DNA of 64,000 nucleotides from Isurus oxyrinchus. Lineage: Eukaryota. Location: NCBI GenBank assembly GCA_026770705.1, contig JANJGN010000032.1, forward strand, positions 16,554,001-16,618,000, in the 5' to 3' direction. The translations under genes were made by a program, and so were the position numbers. Below, piece by piece: positions 12,501-27,500 of this stretch. Below the pieces are notes generated by a model. The model saw nothing but the letters and a program-made list of their open reading frames with translations, made no database searches and was not told the origin of the DNA. The first letter of the stretch is position 1, and each line of letters begins with the position of its first letter.

Positions 12501-15500
12501 GGGGTTATTTTCCTTGGGGTAGAGCAGATTGAGGGGAGACATGATTGAGGTGTATAAAATTGAGGGGCATAGATAGGGCAGACAGGAAAGAACTTCTCCC
12601 CTTGGTGGAGGGATCAATAACCAGGGGCATAGATTTAAGGTAAGGGGCAGGAGGTTTAGAGGGGATGTGAGGAAAATATTTTTCACCCAGAGGGTGGTGG
12701 GAATCTGGAACTCACTGCCTGAAAGGATGGTAGAGGCAGAAACCCTCAAAACATTTAAGAAGTATTTGGATGTGCACTTGCGATGCCATGGCGTATAAGG
12801 CTATGGGCCTCGTGCTGGAAAATGGGATTAGAATAGTTAGGTACTTGTTTGACTGGCACAGACTCGATAGGCTGAAGGGCCTTTTTCTGTGCTGTAGACC
12901 TCTATGACTCTATGAGAAAACCACCCATCCATCTAGTTGGTTCATCTAGCTTGCCCATCCAATTAATCCCATTCTTCCTGATCAGACAGCTGTAGACACA
13001 TGTCCATATATCTGTGTTTGGAAGTCAAGAGCTTGTCTAGTTTTTTTCGAAACCCCTCTAAGTTTTCTTTCAAATAGATGGAACAAGCTTCAGTCTAGGT
13101 GATGGATTACTATTTTGTGAAAGAAATTTTGTCTTGAGTTTCCTTTTACTGTGTTGTTTTTTCCTTCCTCATGAATTCTACATACTCCTGGCTGCAGTTC
13201 TATATATATCAAAAACTTATTTTTCCAACTGGGTGCTGAAACTGTTGTGTTCAGAAAAGAGAAATCTCTCTTGATAAAACTGCCTCCCGAATGAGAACTT
13301 TAGACCAAACCTTATGTAGAATGAGTCATGTCAGTGTTGAAATTAATCTTAAATTTATCCTTGCATATTCTAGAAGCTTACATAGGATTGCATTGGAAAT
13401 ACGTCACAGAAACAGGCCACTTGGTCCAACCAGTCCATGCCGGCATTTATGCTCCACTCGAGCCTCCTCCCATCTTTTCTCAAAAAAAATCTATCATCAT
13501 AACCCTCTGTTGCCTTTTCCCTCTTATGCTGATAGCTCACCTCTATATTCTTTGCTTGATCGTGAATTCCACTTTCTCATCACTCTCTGGGTAAAGAAGT
13601 TTCTTCTGAATTCCCTATTGAATTTCTTGGTGACTGTCTCATATTGATGGCCTTTAGTTATCTTCCCCAAGAGGAAACATTCTGTCTGTATCTGTCAAAA
13701 ATACCTATCTATCAAATCCTTTCATAATTTTAAATGCCTCTGAGCTCACCCCTCCAGCCACCTTTTTTCAGGAGAAAAGAGATCCAGACTATCAATCCTT
13801 TCCTGATACGTATACCCACACATTTCTGGTATCATCCTTGTAAACCTTCTCTGTACCCTCTCCATATCCTTTTTCCAATATGACGACCAGAATTGAACAC
13901 AGTTAATATTGTAAAATTGGTTGCAAAACTAACTAACTAGGTTTAACTAGTCCTACTGAAGTTAGTGTTAATTTAGTGTGTGCCAGTTAGGTAGTTTATT
14001 ATAAAATTGTACTGACTTTCTAACCATTACATTTCAGTTCTCTCAAACTTTTTTTTAACAAATATTTTAGGTCCGTAAACAGCAAAAGGAGCATACAAAC
14101 CTTATGACAGAATATCGGAATAAACAGCAACAAAAATGTTCTTTATCTCCCTCAGGGATGATGGCGACAACCTCATCCCAGAATCCAAGAGTAATGCCCA
14201 AACTTTCAACCCCCATGTTATCAGCAGCATTAGCCCAGCAAGGAGGGGCAATCCTTGGATCTCAAGCAATAGCTCAGCAACCAAATACACTAATAGGACA
14301 TACAGGAAATATAAGAATGCCACAGATCGGGGCTACAGTACCACTGCAACAGGGACCAACATTCTTGACCTCAGCTGTGTCCCAGCAACAGGAATATCCC
14401 TCTGCCTCAGGAACTGTATCTTCTGCTCCCTCAACCAGTTTTTTTTCTGGAAATTCTGCTGCTCAAACACTTACAAATGAAAGCAGACTCCTACAGGAGA
14501 GACAACTTCAACTGCAGCAAAGAATGCAACTTATTCAACAGCAAGGACTTGTAGGGCCATCTCAGCAGCAAAGTATCATGGGAAAGTTACAGCAACAAGG
14601 TATCATTGGACAGCTTCAGCCAACGACTCAGCAAAATATTGTTGGTAACAAACCAACACAGCAGGGTGTCATGGGTCAACAGCAGCAAGGCTTCATTGGA
14701 CAACAGCAAGGGATTGTTGTCCAGTCACAACACCAACCTGCTCAGCAGCAGCAGCAAGTTCTTGCAGGGCAGCAGCTACCCCAGCAGCATAGCAACATGG
14801 GTCAGACACAGCAGCAGCCAGCAACACAACACCAGCAAAGTCTGGCACCTCAACAGCAACACTTAAGGCTGATGAGTCAACAGCAAGGCCTCCTTGGGCA
14901 TCAGCAGCCCCACCAACAGGGTCTTACAAGTCATCCAAAGCCTCCACGGCCCCAGCAAGGTCTTATGGCGCAGCAGTTGGCGCATCAGCAAAGTCTTGCA
15001 GTTCAACAGCAAGTCCTCACTTCTCAACAGCAGCAACAAAGTCTGGTTTTACAGCAACAGGCATCCAGTGTTCCTTTGCAGCAGCAAGGGCTCATAGGGC
15101 ATCAACAAGGGGTTGTTTCACAGAGTCAGCAGTTGGGAACAATGACACCCCTGCAACAGCATCATCTTCAAGCTGTGCCAGGACAACTCCACCCACAAAG
15201 TGTTATCAGACAGAACAACATCCTGAGACTTTCCACACCCTTCCAAGGCCAGCAGCAAAGCACAATGGGACATCAAACTAGAATGCAAAGTATAATGAGG
15301 CAGCAATCTCAGGATGTTTTGGGCCAGCACCTAGCGACGCAAAGCATTATGGGGCAGCAGACTCCACTGCAAGTCATCAGGCACCAACTGCCAGGCATAA
15401 TAGGACAGGGACAGCAACAGCATCAGCCTCAGAGCATGATGGGGCAGGGCATGAGGCAGCAGCATCCACCCCAGGTCTCAGTGGAGCAAGGGCAGCAATC

Positions 15501-18500
15501 CCAGCCTCAGGGAACAATGGACCAGGGACAGCAGCATCAGCCCCAGAGCACAATTGGACAAGGACAAGAACATCAGCCCCATGCTACGATGGGAATCGGA
15601 CAGCAGCCCCAGGGAACAATGGGGCAGCAGCAGCAGCAACAACCCTCTCAAGCCCAGGGCATGATGGGACAGCAGTCACAGCCACCAAGCCAGCCCCAGA
15701 GCACGGTGGGACAGCAAATACCACCCCAGCCCCAGAGCACAGTGGAGCAAGCAATTGGACAGCAGATAACCCAAGGCCCAATGGGACAGCAGCCCCCTCA
15801 GGGTCCATTGGGGCAGGGAATGGGACAGCAGCAGTCATCTCAAGGCACAGTGGGGATGGGACAGCAATCCCAGCCTCAAGGCACAGTGGGGATGGGACAG
15901 CAATCCCAGCCTCAAGGCACAGTGGGGATGGGACAGCAACCTCAGCCTCAGGGCACAGTGGGGATGGGACAGCAACCTCAGCCTCAAGGCACAGTGGGGA
16001 TAGGACAGCAACAGCAGTCATCCCAGGGCCCAGTGGGGATGGGACAGCAACAGCAGTCGTCCCAAGGCCCAGTGGGGATGGGACAGCAACAGCAATCGTC
16101 CCAAGGCCCAGTGGGGATGGGACAGCAACAGCAGTCATCCCAAGGCCCAGTGGGGATGGGACAGCAACAGCAGACATCCCAGGGCCCAGTGGGGATGGGA
16201 CAGCAACAGCAGTCACCCCAGAGTACAGTGGGAATGGGACAGCAACAGCAGTCACCCCAGGGCCCAGTGGGAATGGGACAGCAACAGCAGTCACCCCAGA
16301 GTACAGTGGGAATGGGACAACAGCAGCCATCCCAGGGCGCAGTGGGAATGGGACAGCAACAGCAGTCACCCCAGAGTACAGTGGGAATGGGACAACAGCA
16401 GCCGCAGCCTCAGGGCACAGTGGGGATTGGGCAGCAACCCCAGTCTCAGAACTTGGTAGGTGTAGGACAGCAGCAACCCCAGCCTCGGGGCACAGTGGGG
16501 ATAGGACAACCACAGCCTCAGGGCACAGTGGGGATAGGACAACCTCAGCCACAGGGTGCAGTGGGGATAGGACAACCCCAGTCTCGGGGCTTGATAGGAG
16601 TGGGACAGCCCCAGCCTCAGGGCACAGTGGGAATGGGACAGCAATCCCAGCCTCAGGGCCTGATGGGGCAGGTAAAGCAACAGCAGCAGCCTCCAGGTTT
16701 GATTGGGATGAGGCAAGGACAGCAGCAGCTGTTACAGGGTTTGATGGGGCAGTGGCAGCTGCAGCCTCCGGGTATGGTTAGGCAGGGACAACCGCAAAGC
16801 CTAATGGGGCAGGGGCAGCTTGCACAGAACTTAATGGGCCAAGAGCAGGGACAGCAGCAGCCACGTCCACAGGGCATGTTGGGGCAAGGTCAGGGACAGC
16901 AACAATTGCAGAGCTTAATGGGACAGAGACAGTCTCCAGGTACAATGGGACAAGGGCAGCGGATGCAGAGCTTAGGTACAGTTGGTGGCCAGCAATCTCT
17001 GCAGGCTTCAGGTATGGTGGGGCAGGAGAAGGAGCAGGAGCAGCAACAGGAACAACCACCTACAGGCACAGTGAGGCAGGAGCAGCAGCAAAGCCAAATT
17101 GTAATGGAACAGGAGTCTTTGCTGCCTCCCCAGTGCATAATGGGGCAGGACCGTAACCAATTACCAACTCAGAATATGATGAGACAGCAGCAGCTGTCCA
17201 AAAGTGCAGCAGGACTGGGACAACCTCAGGGTATGATGTATCAGAATTTACAAACACGAGCAGTGACATCAGTACAACAACCAATGCAGCAAGGCGTTGC
17301 AGGACAGCAGCGACTTATGAATCAGCAGGGTCAGTTAATGAGACGTGTACAACAACAAGCTGTAACTGGTCTACAACAGAATAATGGTCTCAGTTTACAA
17401 GGGATGGTGCGAGTAGCAACGTCTCAGCAGCATGGAACTGTGGGAGATCCAAGACAGGGAGTGCAAAACATTATGACTTCACAGTCATTTCAGCAGCAGC
17501 ATGCGGGGCTGCGTTCAGTTCATATAACTGGTCAACAGATTGGGTTAGGCCATCTTCGTCCAGGCATGGTATATGTTCAGCAGGTTAAAGCCGAACATAG
17601 CGGGAAGCCACAAGAGATGGCCCATCTGATTCAAAACAAACGAGCAAGGCAGAATGTGGGGTCAGGAAGTGAATTGGTGTCTGGCCAAGCTCATTGTAAT
17701 CGTTCACAAATGCCACATCCAGAATTAAGTAAAACAAATTTGGGAGATGTGTCACTACAAGGTGAAACTTTGGAAACAATAATGCAGTCACAACCAGAAT
17801 TGCTTAAAGATCATGAACCCAAAGAAATTAGTGCTTGCGTGACAGACTCTATAGCAATTATACCTCAAAAGATACCTGATTCAAAGTCTGATACATTGGT
17901 AATGAAACCACATGGGACTGTTGGAAAAGCAAGCTCGGTTACTGAGTTGCAAGCCAGAATTAATGTTGAGATCCGTGAACAAAGTGACTTGAAGAAACCT
18001 TGTACATTTGACTTCCCAATATCTCCGCCAAGTCATGCAACAAAGGAGGAATGCACTGGTTTGAGATCAGAATCATCACTGTTGAATCAGACCAATGGAC
18101 AAGAGGAATGTGCACAGAAAGTCACAGGAAGGCAGGATAGCTGTTCTAAATTACAGGAAGGTGCTGCTAAAGACACCAACACAGCAGGTGCAGGTCACTT
18201 AGTGAAACAGGAAAGTATTGATGCAGTTCGCTGTGGATTTCCAGAAGGAACTGTAAAGCATGAGTCAAATACTGACTCTGTCAATGCCTTGAATGCAGGG
18301 GGTCATTCTTTTCTTGCTCCAAGATCTGAAGCTGGACAGCTGCTTCTCCAGAAACTTTTACGCACTAAGAACTTGCAGCTTGTGGCACAACGCTCTGGAG
18401 ATGGAACGCACTTAACTGTAAAAGGCCACATTGAAAGCAAAGCTGTGATGATAGATCGAAAACTACAAGGTGCAACCGGAAATTCAGAGGTTAGTTAAAA

Positions 18501-21500
18501 AATTTGGTTTACAGTGATGTCACAATCTTTGTATAGTGTCCTTACCATGTCAACATTTTACATTTGAAGATCAGACTTCACATGAACTATGTAAGTATGT
18601 TTACAGGTAAACACTTGCAGCAAGTTTAATTTCCAATAGAGTTATGCTCATCCAAAGCTGCATCTCCACTTCTAATTTAAATCGAGCTTCAAACCCTGAG
18701 TTTTTGATTACTTTAAAAGCAATTCATTTAGGACATTAGAAAAAATATTTATTGCAAATTAATTTGATCTTTTCATATTACACATTCTCAAGTATTCCCT
18801 ACAGTTATTTGCAAAATATTGTGCTTGTAGAAAGGTTTTTCTGCAAGTATAAAGAGAAAATGGTGAGAACAGAAAAGCAGGACAGCCAGCATAGTGGGTA
18901 ACATAGGCAGTTAACATTTTAAGCCAGACATTCTAAGAAGCCCACGTGGTGGAGGAGGATTCTCGTAATGATGGGAATCCATCTTACTCTGAGCAAAATT
19001 GTGCAAGCCTATACATAGCAATCAATAGAGTGGGTCTGAAGTGATCAGAAGGCCATTCATGGCCTTTTTAGTATGCTGACCTGCTATTCTGATGGTTGGG
19101 ATGTGGGGGAGCCAGGCAAGAAGATTTTTTTTTAAAATGCCTATCTTGTTGAAGCTTCTTCAGCGCTCATTAGCCTGGGAGGAGTGGAATCTATGGGGCT
19201 ATGTAGCAAGCAGTAAGTTTGGTGTTTTTAATTGACCCATCCACATTTTACAGATGATGTTTTATCTCCAAACTTCCCTTCAGTTTAACTCTATCTGGTA
19301 TATGAGATTGCTGCCAGGGTTCCTAAGGAATGTTGGACCAATAGAATGCATCTCAATATTTTTTGGCTCTTTGTGATCCACAAGAATAATGAACGCTTCT
19401 ATTGTGACTGCATCATGTGGCAATCACTGTTCCTTTTAGGCTGCACAACAACCCAAAAGCCCCCATGCACAAGTTGGCCCTTGTAAAGTTGCAAAAAAAA
19501 ACTTTAAAACGGTCACGCACTTAACATAACATAACTTGACTTAACATTAAGGTTCCTCTATTAAATTTAATCCATTGTTTTTTACAAGATAAAGGAATTT
19601 CAGGAAATTAGCAAGAAAAACTTGGGCCCAAAAACGAAAAGAACGCAAAAGGCAACTGACAGAGGCACCAACTCTCGAAAGAAGAGTAAAAAGGATGAAG
19701 GAATAAAAAGTACAGATGCTCTTATGAAGCAGTTGCAACAGGTACCAGTGTGAGATTTTAAATAAACCTTGATATAATTTAGGAACTCAGGACTGAGATT
19801 GTACTGTACAATTGCATTCTGGAAATTTTCTAATATTTGTATTAAGTGCAAGAATCCCAATATGCATGTTTATTTTTTAAAACCACACCTTCCACTTCCC
19901 CTTACTTTAAGCAGGATAGATTCTGAGAGATTGTTTCCTTTAGTGGGGGAATCTAGAACTAGGAGGCAAAATGAAAATAAGGGGTCTGCCATATAGGACA
20001 CTCATCAAAATAAGATCAGAAGTGGGGGATGTTCACAATGTTCACCATTTGTGACTCCTCAGATACTGAAGCAGTCTGTGTCCATATGCAGCAAGACTTG
20101 AACAATATCCAGGCTTGGGCTGATAGGTGGCAAATAACATTTGTGCCCACACAAGTGCCAAGCAATGACCGTCTCCAACAAGAGAGAATCCAACCATCTC
20201 CCCATGACATTCAATGGCATTACCATCGCTGAATCCCCCACTATCAAAATCCTGGAAGTTACCATGGACCAGAAACTGAACTGGACTAGCCATATAAATA
20301 ATATGGCACCAAGGGCAGGTCAGAGGCTGGGAATTCTGTGGTGTATAACTCTCCTCCTGACTCCCCAAAGCCTGTCCACCATCTATAAGGCACAAGCCAG
20401 GAGTGTGATGGAATGCTCTGAATGAGTGCAGCTCTAACATTACTCAAGAAGCTGGACACCTTCCAGGACAAAGTAGCCCACTTGATTGGCACTCCATCCA
20501 CCACCATCAACATCCATTCCCTCCACCAGCAATGCACAGTGGCAGCAGTGTGTACCATCTACAAGATGTACTGCAACAACTCACCAAGGCTCCTTAGACC
20601 ACACCTTCCAAACCCGCGACCTCTACCATCGAGAAGGACAAGGGCAACAGATGCATGGGAACACCACCACCTTCAAGTTCTCTTCCAAGCCACACACCAG
20701 ACTGACTTGTAACTATATCACCATTCCTTCACTATCGCTGGGTCAAAATCCTGGAACAACTTCCGAACAGCACTTAGGGTGATCCTACAACACATTGACT
20801 GCAATGTTGAAGAAGGCAGCTCACCATGACCGTCTTGAGGGCACTTAGGTATGAGCAATAAATGCTGGCGTGGCCAGCAACACACACACATCCCATGAAC
20901 GAAATTTTTTAAAATGAGGAATTTCTTCTGAGGGTCTGTTAGTCTTTGCTCTCTGTGGAAGAGAATTCCGATGGAGGCTGGGTCATTAAATATATTCAAG
21001 GTTGAGTTGGACAGATTTTTGATCTAAAAGGGAGTCAAGGATTATGGGGGGTGGGCAGTAAAGTGGCATTAAGGCCAAAATCAGATCAACCATGATCTTA
21101 TTGAATGGCAGAGCAGGCTCGATCAGCTGAATAGACTACCCATGCTCCTATTTCTTATGATCTTGCTGAGTTGAACCTTGCACTCTCGTATTCCTTCTGG
21201 TGGATGGATGTAAAATGATATGACAGAGGCTTGAGTTCAGATCACATTTTCTTTTTATCAGGAAATGTTGAATGTTCTCTCTGTCTTTCTGATTGGGAAT
21301 GGTAATTTGTGCTGATTATATGTGGCTGAGTTGTGTGTCAATTATTAACAGCGTTGAGACTGTCCTTAGTCATTTCATGTAGGATCATTAACGCTGGCAG
21401 ATAATAGAAACTTTCATCCCATAATTCTATAAATTTTCTTTGATAACACTCATAATGCATCTTGGGACCTTTAAACCACTTTAAAGGCACCATAGATGCT

Positions 21501-24500
21501 TGTTGTTGTTGTACATGGGTATGACTTGGATTTAAACAATGTCCCTTAGTGCTCAAATGAAGAAAGGTCACCTACCCTGGAACTTTAGTCTGGAAAGTCA
21601 CCTGTGCATTTCTCTGTATTAAGTGGCCTTTATTTTCTTGTCTTTTTCCCCCTAGCAACTCTCCCTCCTTCCTTTGGTGGAACCGACCATTGAGGTGAAC
21701 TTTGGTCTCTTTCCTCCATTTGGGAGCGGTCCGTTCAACAGCAAAAACCAGCTGAAAGGGTCATTTGGGAATGCAGTGCTAGATAGTGCTCCAGATTACT
21801 ACTCGCAGCTTCTCTACAAGGTAAATGTGACTAAAATGAAGCACTTATGACTAGGTTCAGCATAGTTTTGCCTTTGTGAGCTATGTCATGTTACATAAGG
21901 GTTTAAAGATCAAGTTTGTACACAAAATCATGTTCTTGTTTATTCTGATTAAAACGTTTACAGGTTTTAACTGTATTGTCTCAACCAAGTATCCAAAGGA
22001 GAGGGCAAGCCAATCAATTCAAATGCAAACATCTTGCAGGATTTGTTCAAATATTTGTTTGGCAGTTTTTTTTTGAAAAAAGAAATCCAATTGACATATT
22101 ATTTAAATTTGTTTGATCCTGGTGATCTTCTGAAAAGCATTTTTAACCCCTTACTGGTTAAATTTGGGTGTCTGTCTGAAGCTTCAAAGAGTGATAGCCA
22201 GGCTAGATAGCTTCCTTGGATGGTAAGAAAGGGAAAGAATCAGCACATAAGAATACAAAGTTACACAGGGTCACGTAGGATATAGGGCACAGAAACAGTC
22301 CATGCTGTTCTTTATGCTCCATTCGAGCCTCCTCCCATCTTTCCTCATCTAAATCTACCATTGTAACCCTCTATTCCCTTCTCCCTCATATGCTTGCATT
22401 TCCCCTTAAATGCATCTAATACTATTCACTTCAACCACTTCCTGTAGTAGCAAGTTCCACATTCTCACCACTCTCTGGATAAAGAACTTACTTTGAAATT
22501 TCCTGTTGGATTTCTTGGTGACTATCTTATATTGATGGCCTCTAGTTATGCTCTTCCCCACAAGAGGAAACACTCAAAACCTTTCATAATTTTAAAAAAC
22601 CTCTTAGGTCACCCCTTAGCCTTTTTTCAAGAAAAAAAGAGATCCAGTCTATCAATCTGCTCCTAATATGTATACTCAGGCATTTCTGGTATATCCTTGT
22701 AAATCTTCTCTACACTGTCTCCAGTGCCTCTGTGTACTTTTTATAACATGACAACCAGAGCTGCACACAGTAATCTGTGGCCTGTCTAACTGTTAGTTGA
22801 ACAATTCCAGCCAAGTGTTGTTTTCTACTTGCATAACAAGATAATTATACTAATTCATGTAAAATCTGTTATGTGTCATAGCTCTGTTCACTTATTCTTT
22901 TACTACTTCATGAATTTGGAAGTTGCAGCCCAAGTTACTGTATTGTATGGTATATTCTGCGCTCTTCCAAAATCAAGAGAAGAATCATGTGTATGGGTAT
23001 GTGAATAAACCAGAAAGCCAAAAATATGAATACGATTCTCTGTTTAATCCCTATGCATGCTACTAATTTTTAAGTATCTGGACAAGTGAAAATACTGTCC
23101 GGAACATACTGAGGTGAGGCCAACACGCAGGAGTCAGCCAAGATACTGAGCCCAAAAATAAACCTAAAAGGGTAACAGTAAAGCCTTTGTTGATAAAATA
23201 TTGAGTAAATATTACATTTTACTGGTATTTGCTGCTTCATATCTCACAAAAAAGTTACACTTGCAAAGGAATGACCTTTAATATAAGGTTACCTCTTCTA
23301 ATATTCAAGAATTCAATGGATTAATTTCCTATCATTCTTTAGCAGAACAATCTGAGCAATCCACCGACCCCACCTTCCTCGTTGCCTCCCACCCCTCCTC
23401 CCTCTGTCCAGCAGAAACTGGTGAATGGATTGGCCACTTCTGAGGAGCTGACGGAAGGGCAGAAAGAACTCGAAGGGCAAAAGGGTATGAGAATTTGATA
23501 GAGTTTAATTATTTGGCACAATATATATGATATGATCTAACCTGGAGTTCTTAGGTTTAGGCTGAAGCCTACCCCGAATGAGACTCATAACTGTGTATCC
23601 TGACTGCAGAGAATTATTAGGGAAAAAAAACACACTTCCTTTCATTGAAAGGAAATCTCAGCTGCATACAGTTATCCTCCTCCTCTTCCAGGTACCATGT
23701 AATTCCTTTATTCAAAAAGGGAGGGAGACAGCAAGCAGGAAACTACAAGCCAGTTAGCTTAACATCTGTCATAGCAAAATTGTTAGAAGCTATTATTAAA
23801 GACATCATAGCAGGGCACTGGAAAAAATTAAGAGTAATCAGGCAGAGTCAACATGATTTTGTGGGTGGGAAATCACGCTTAACCAATTTATTAGAGTTCT
23901 TTGAAGAAGTAACATATGCTGTGGATTAAGAGGAACCGGTACTGTGCTTAGATTTCCAGAAGGCATTTGATAAGGTGCCACAACGAAGGCTGTTCTGAAA
24001 AATAAAAGCTCATGGTATAGGGGGTAACAAACTAGTATGCATAGAAGATTGACTAGCTAACAGGATACAGAGTAGGCATAAATGGGTCATTATAGATAGG
24101 AAAGTAAGATGTGAAGAGGACATGAGGGTACAAATGGATATAGGCAGGTTAAGTGAGTGGGCAAAAATCTGGCAAATGGATTGTAATGTGGGAAAATGTG
24201 AAATTGTCCATTTTGGCAGGAAGAATAAAAAAGCATATTATCTAAATGGTGAGAGATTGCAGAACTCTGAGATGCAGAGAACTCTAGGTGTCCTAGTGCA
24301 TGAATTGCAAAAGGTTAGTATGCAGGTACAGCAAGTAATTAGGAAAGCTAATGGAATGTTATCATTTATTGCGAGGGGAATTGAATACAAAAGTGGGGAG
24401 GTTATGCTTCAGTTATACAGGGCATTGGTGAGATCACACCTGGAGTACTGTGCACAACATTGGTCTCCTTAGTCAAGGAAGGATGTAAATGCATTGGAAG

Positions 24501-27500
24501 CAGGTCAGCAAAGGTTTACCAGACTAATACCTGGAATGGGCAGGTTACCTTATGCAATATGGGCCAGGATTTTCCCCTCGGCGATTTGGGGGCAGCCCCT
24601 GCTTGCTGAGGGGAAAATGACGCGGGATGACATCGGGAGGAACCTCTGATGTCATCCCGGTCCCTTTAAACATTCACGAAGGTGGGCAGACAGCGAAATC
24701 AGCTGTCCGCCCGCCGACTTGTCAATGGCCAATTAAGGCCATTGACAGGCTAACTAACCTTATTAAACACCCTGTCCGGCCAACCTTAAGGCTGGCGGGC
24801 AGGCCAGGAGCCCCAGCGAGCTGCAGATTATAAATGAAACTTCGTCCACTGGTGGGATGAAGTTTCATGTACATTTTTTAAAGTTGTAATAAATTTTGTG
24901 TGTTTATTATTAACATGTCCCATCTCGTGTGACACTGTCACATGAGGGGGGACATGCTAATAATTTTAATATTTATCTATTTTTGGAGTTTACTTACCTC
25001 TCACGAATCTCCCTGTGACAGCACTTGGTCTCGGGGAGCAGTGCGCACTTTGACAGTTGGGGATTCCCTCCCCCACCAGAACAGGAAGCGCATAGCACTT
25101 CCTGTCGGGCAGGCTGCTGGGCGGGCCTTAATTGGCCTGCCCACTCAAAATGGCGGCGGGCCCAGTTTCAGCGGCGGGGTTCAGCTGCCCATCGAGGTAA
25201 GAATTCTGCCCAAAGTCAGACAGGCTAGACTTGTATCTGCTGGAGTTTAGAAGAGTAAGAGACAACTTGATTGAAACATACAAGATCCTGAGGGTCTTGC
25301 CAAGGTGGATGTGGAGAGGATGTTTCCTCTTGTGGGAGAATCAAGAGCTAGAGGTTACTGTTTAAAAATAAGGGGTCGCCCATTTAAGACCGAGACACAC
25401 ACAAATTTTTTCTGAGGCTCGTGAGGAGCACTCTTCCTCGAAAGGAAGCAGAGTCTTTGAATATTTTTAAGGCAGAGGTAGATAGATTCTTGATAAGCAA
25501 GGGAGTGAAAGGTTATCTGGGGTAGGTTATAGAGGGTAGGTGGGAATGTGGAGTTGAGGTTACAATCAGATCAGCCATGACTTTATTAAATAGCGGAGCA
25601 GGCTTGAGGGGCCGAGTGGCCTACCATATGCTTGTATGCCCTAAGAGAACGTTGGCGACCCTGGGCTCCCATTGGATTGGTCCATGATTATGCTTGGCAA
25701 AGTACTGCAGTGGTTTGCTGTTGCCTTCTGCAGTATGGCTGACCAGGAAGCACTCCTGCTCTTACCTTGCCATCAGGTGCATTGGAAGGATTTACAGGCT
25801 GATAATCAGCATGTTTGGCCATGTTATGGACACATCTTCCATGGCCATCAAGTCCTGAAGAGGGACTTGAACCCAGAGCTTCTGGCCCAGAGGTAGGGAC
25901 ACTACCACTGCGCCAAAAGACCTGTTATCACCTGTTTATATAGAAAAAATCCTTCAAATTATTATTATAAATCCCATGTGAATATTTTCTCAATTACTTG
26001 GCCTTTTACAAAGGAAAGTTTTGCTGTAGTTCAGTAGAACTCTGTTTAGACTGTGTCTGGAGTATTGTGTTCAATTCCGGGCACTGCATCTCAGCCAGGA
26101 TATATTGGGCTTGGAGAAGGTGCAGCGCAGATTCACCTAAATGATACTGGAGCCAAAAGAGTTAAATTATGAGGAAAGGTTGCATAGATTCAACTTGTGT
26201 TACCTTTAGTACAGAAGATTAAGGAGTTATCTCATTGAGGTACTTAAAATAATCAAAGGAGTTGATAGGGTAGATAGAGAGAAACTATTTCATCTGATGG
26301 AGCTGTTCAGGGCAAAAGGAATAACTTTACCTCTGAACAGCCTAGCTCTAGTTTAATGTCAGGAAGCAGTTCTGCACACAAAGGGTAGTGAAAATCTGGA
26401 GCTCTGCGGAAAAATTGTTGAGGCTAGGTAAATTGACAATTTCAAGGCTGAGATAAATTTTTGTTAGTTAAGGATATGAATGAATATGGAACCAAGTGGG
26501 TAACTTAAGTTAAGATACAAGTCAGCCATTATCAAATCAAAAAGCTCAAGGGGCTGAATGGCCTATTCCTGTTCTGTTATACCCACCATCATGATGTGCT
26601 TTGAGGCATAAATCGCTGCTTTAAAAAATTTTTCAAAGTCTTTGTCAATGTGCAACATCAAGTTGGGGAAATAAGATAGAGCAAAATTCTGGGGGGGAAA
26701 TGCTGCCGAAAAACTGATTTTATTAATTTTTTAAAAAAGATAAAACTTGCAGGTAATTTTGTTTAAAATATTGCAGATATAATTTTGTATAAGAACTTAA
26801 AGCTCTTCTCCATCTTACTACGCACAAGCATAAGATTTGAATTTTGCATGAAAGCACTAAGACTTTAATGAAGAAATGGTAGTTTGAATGTTCCACCACA
26901 AGATGTCACAGGTGCACATTCTAACATTTGCATTGCTATGCAAAGCACAAAATAAGCCCTAATAAAAGTGACAAGTTGCCACTTTACCATTATTGACTGA
27001 AATCTGAAACATTTGACGTCTCCTGCGACTGTCTAATAAGTTTGTCAATTTGAATCTAGTGTTCTTATTTGCTTTTAATTGGTGCAGCAGCAAGTGATCA
27101 GATCACAAAGCCAAATAACCAAGCAAGTATGACAGTTACTGCTGTGCACACTTTGACGCAATGCCTCTGAAAGTCTGACGATAGCAACTCTGACATCCTC
27201 ATGCCATTCCTGCAGGAATCGCAAACAACAATCATGAAAAACTAATCACCTGTTTGTTGTGAACAACAGAGTTGCCCTTGAGACAGGTAACTACTATCAA
27301 GCACCCTGCTTCCATGTTCTGTCTGACCCAAAAGCAAAGCCCCAGGTGTTTAATTACTTATTGGAAGAGCCTTGGCTCCTAAAAAGCCTATAGATGTACA
27401 AACAACAGCAAGTCGCTTCTTCTGACTGCCTTTCTCTTTACCAGCCAGTGGATTGTGTCATCTTTCTTGAAATGGCTTTGCTTGGTTAATGGATCCTGCC

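Noticed and set aside
15584-17284. Minus-strand ORFs of up to 322 aa (AVPSPL repeats, Cys-rich)
   Set aside because: Antisense shadows of the CAG-rich coding repeat; no independent gene signals.
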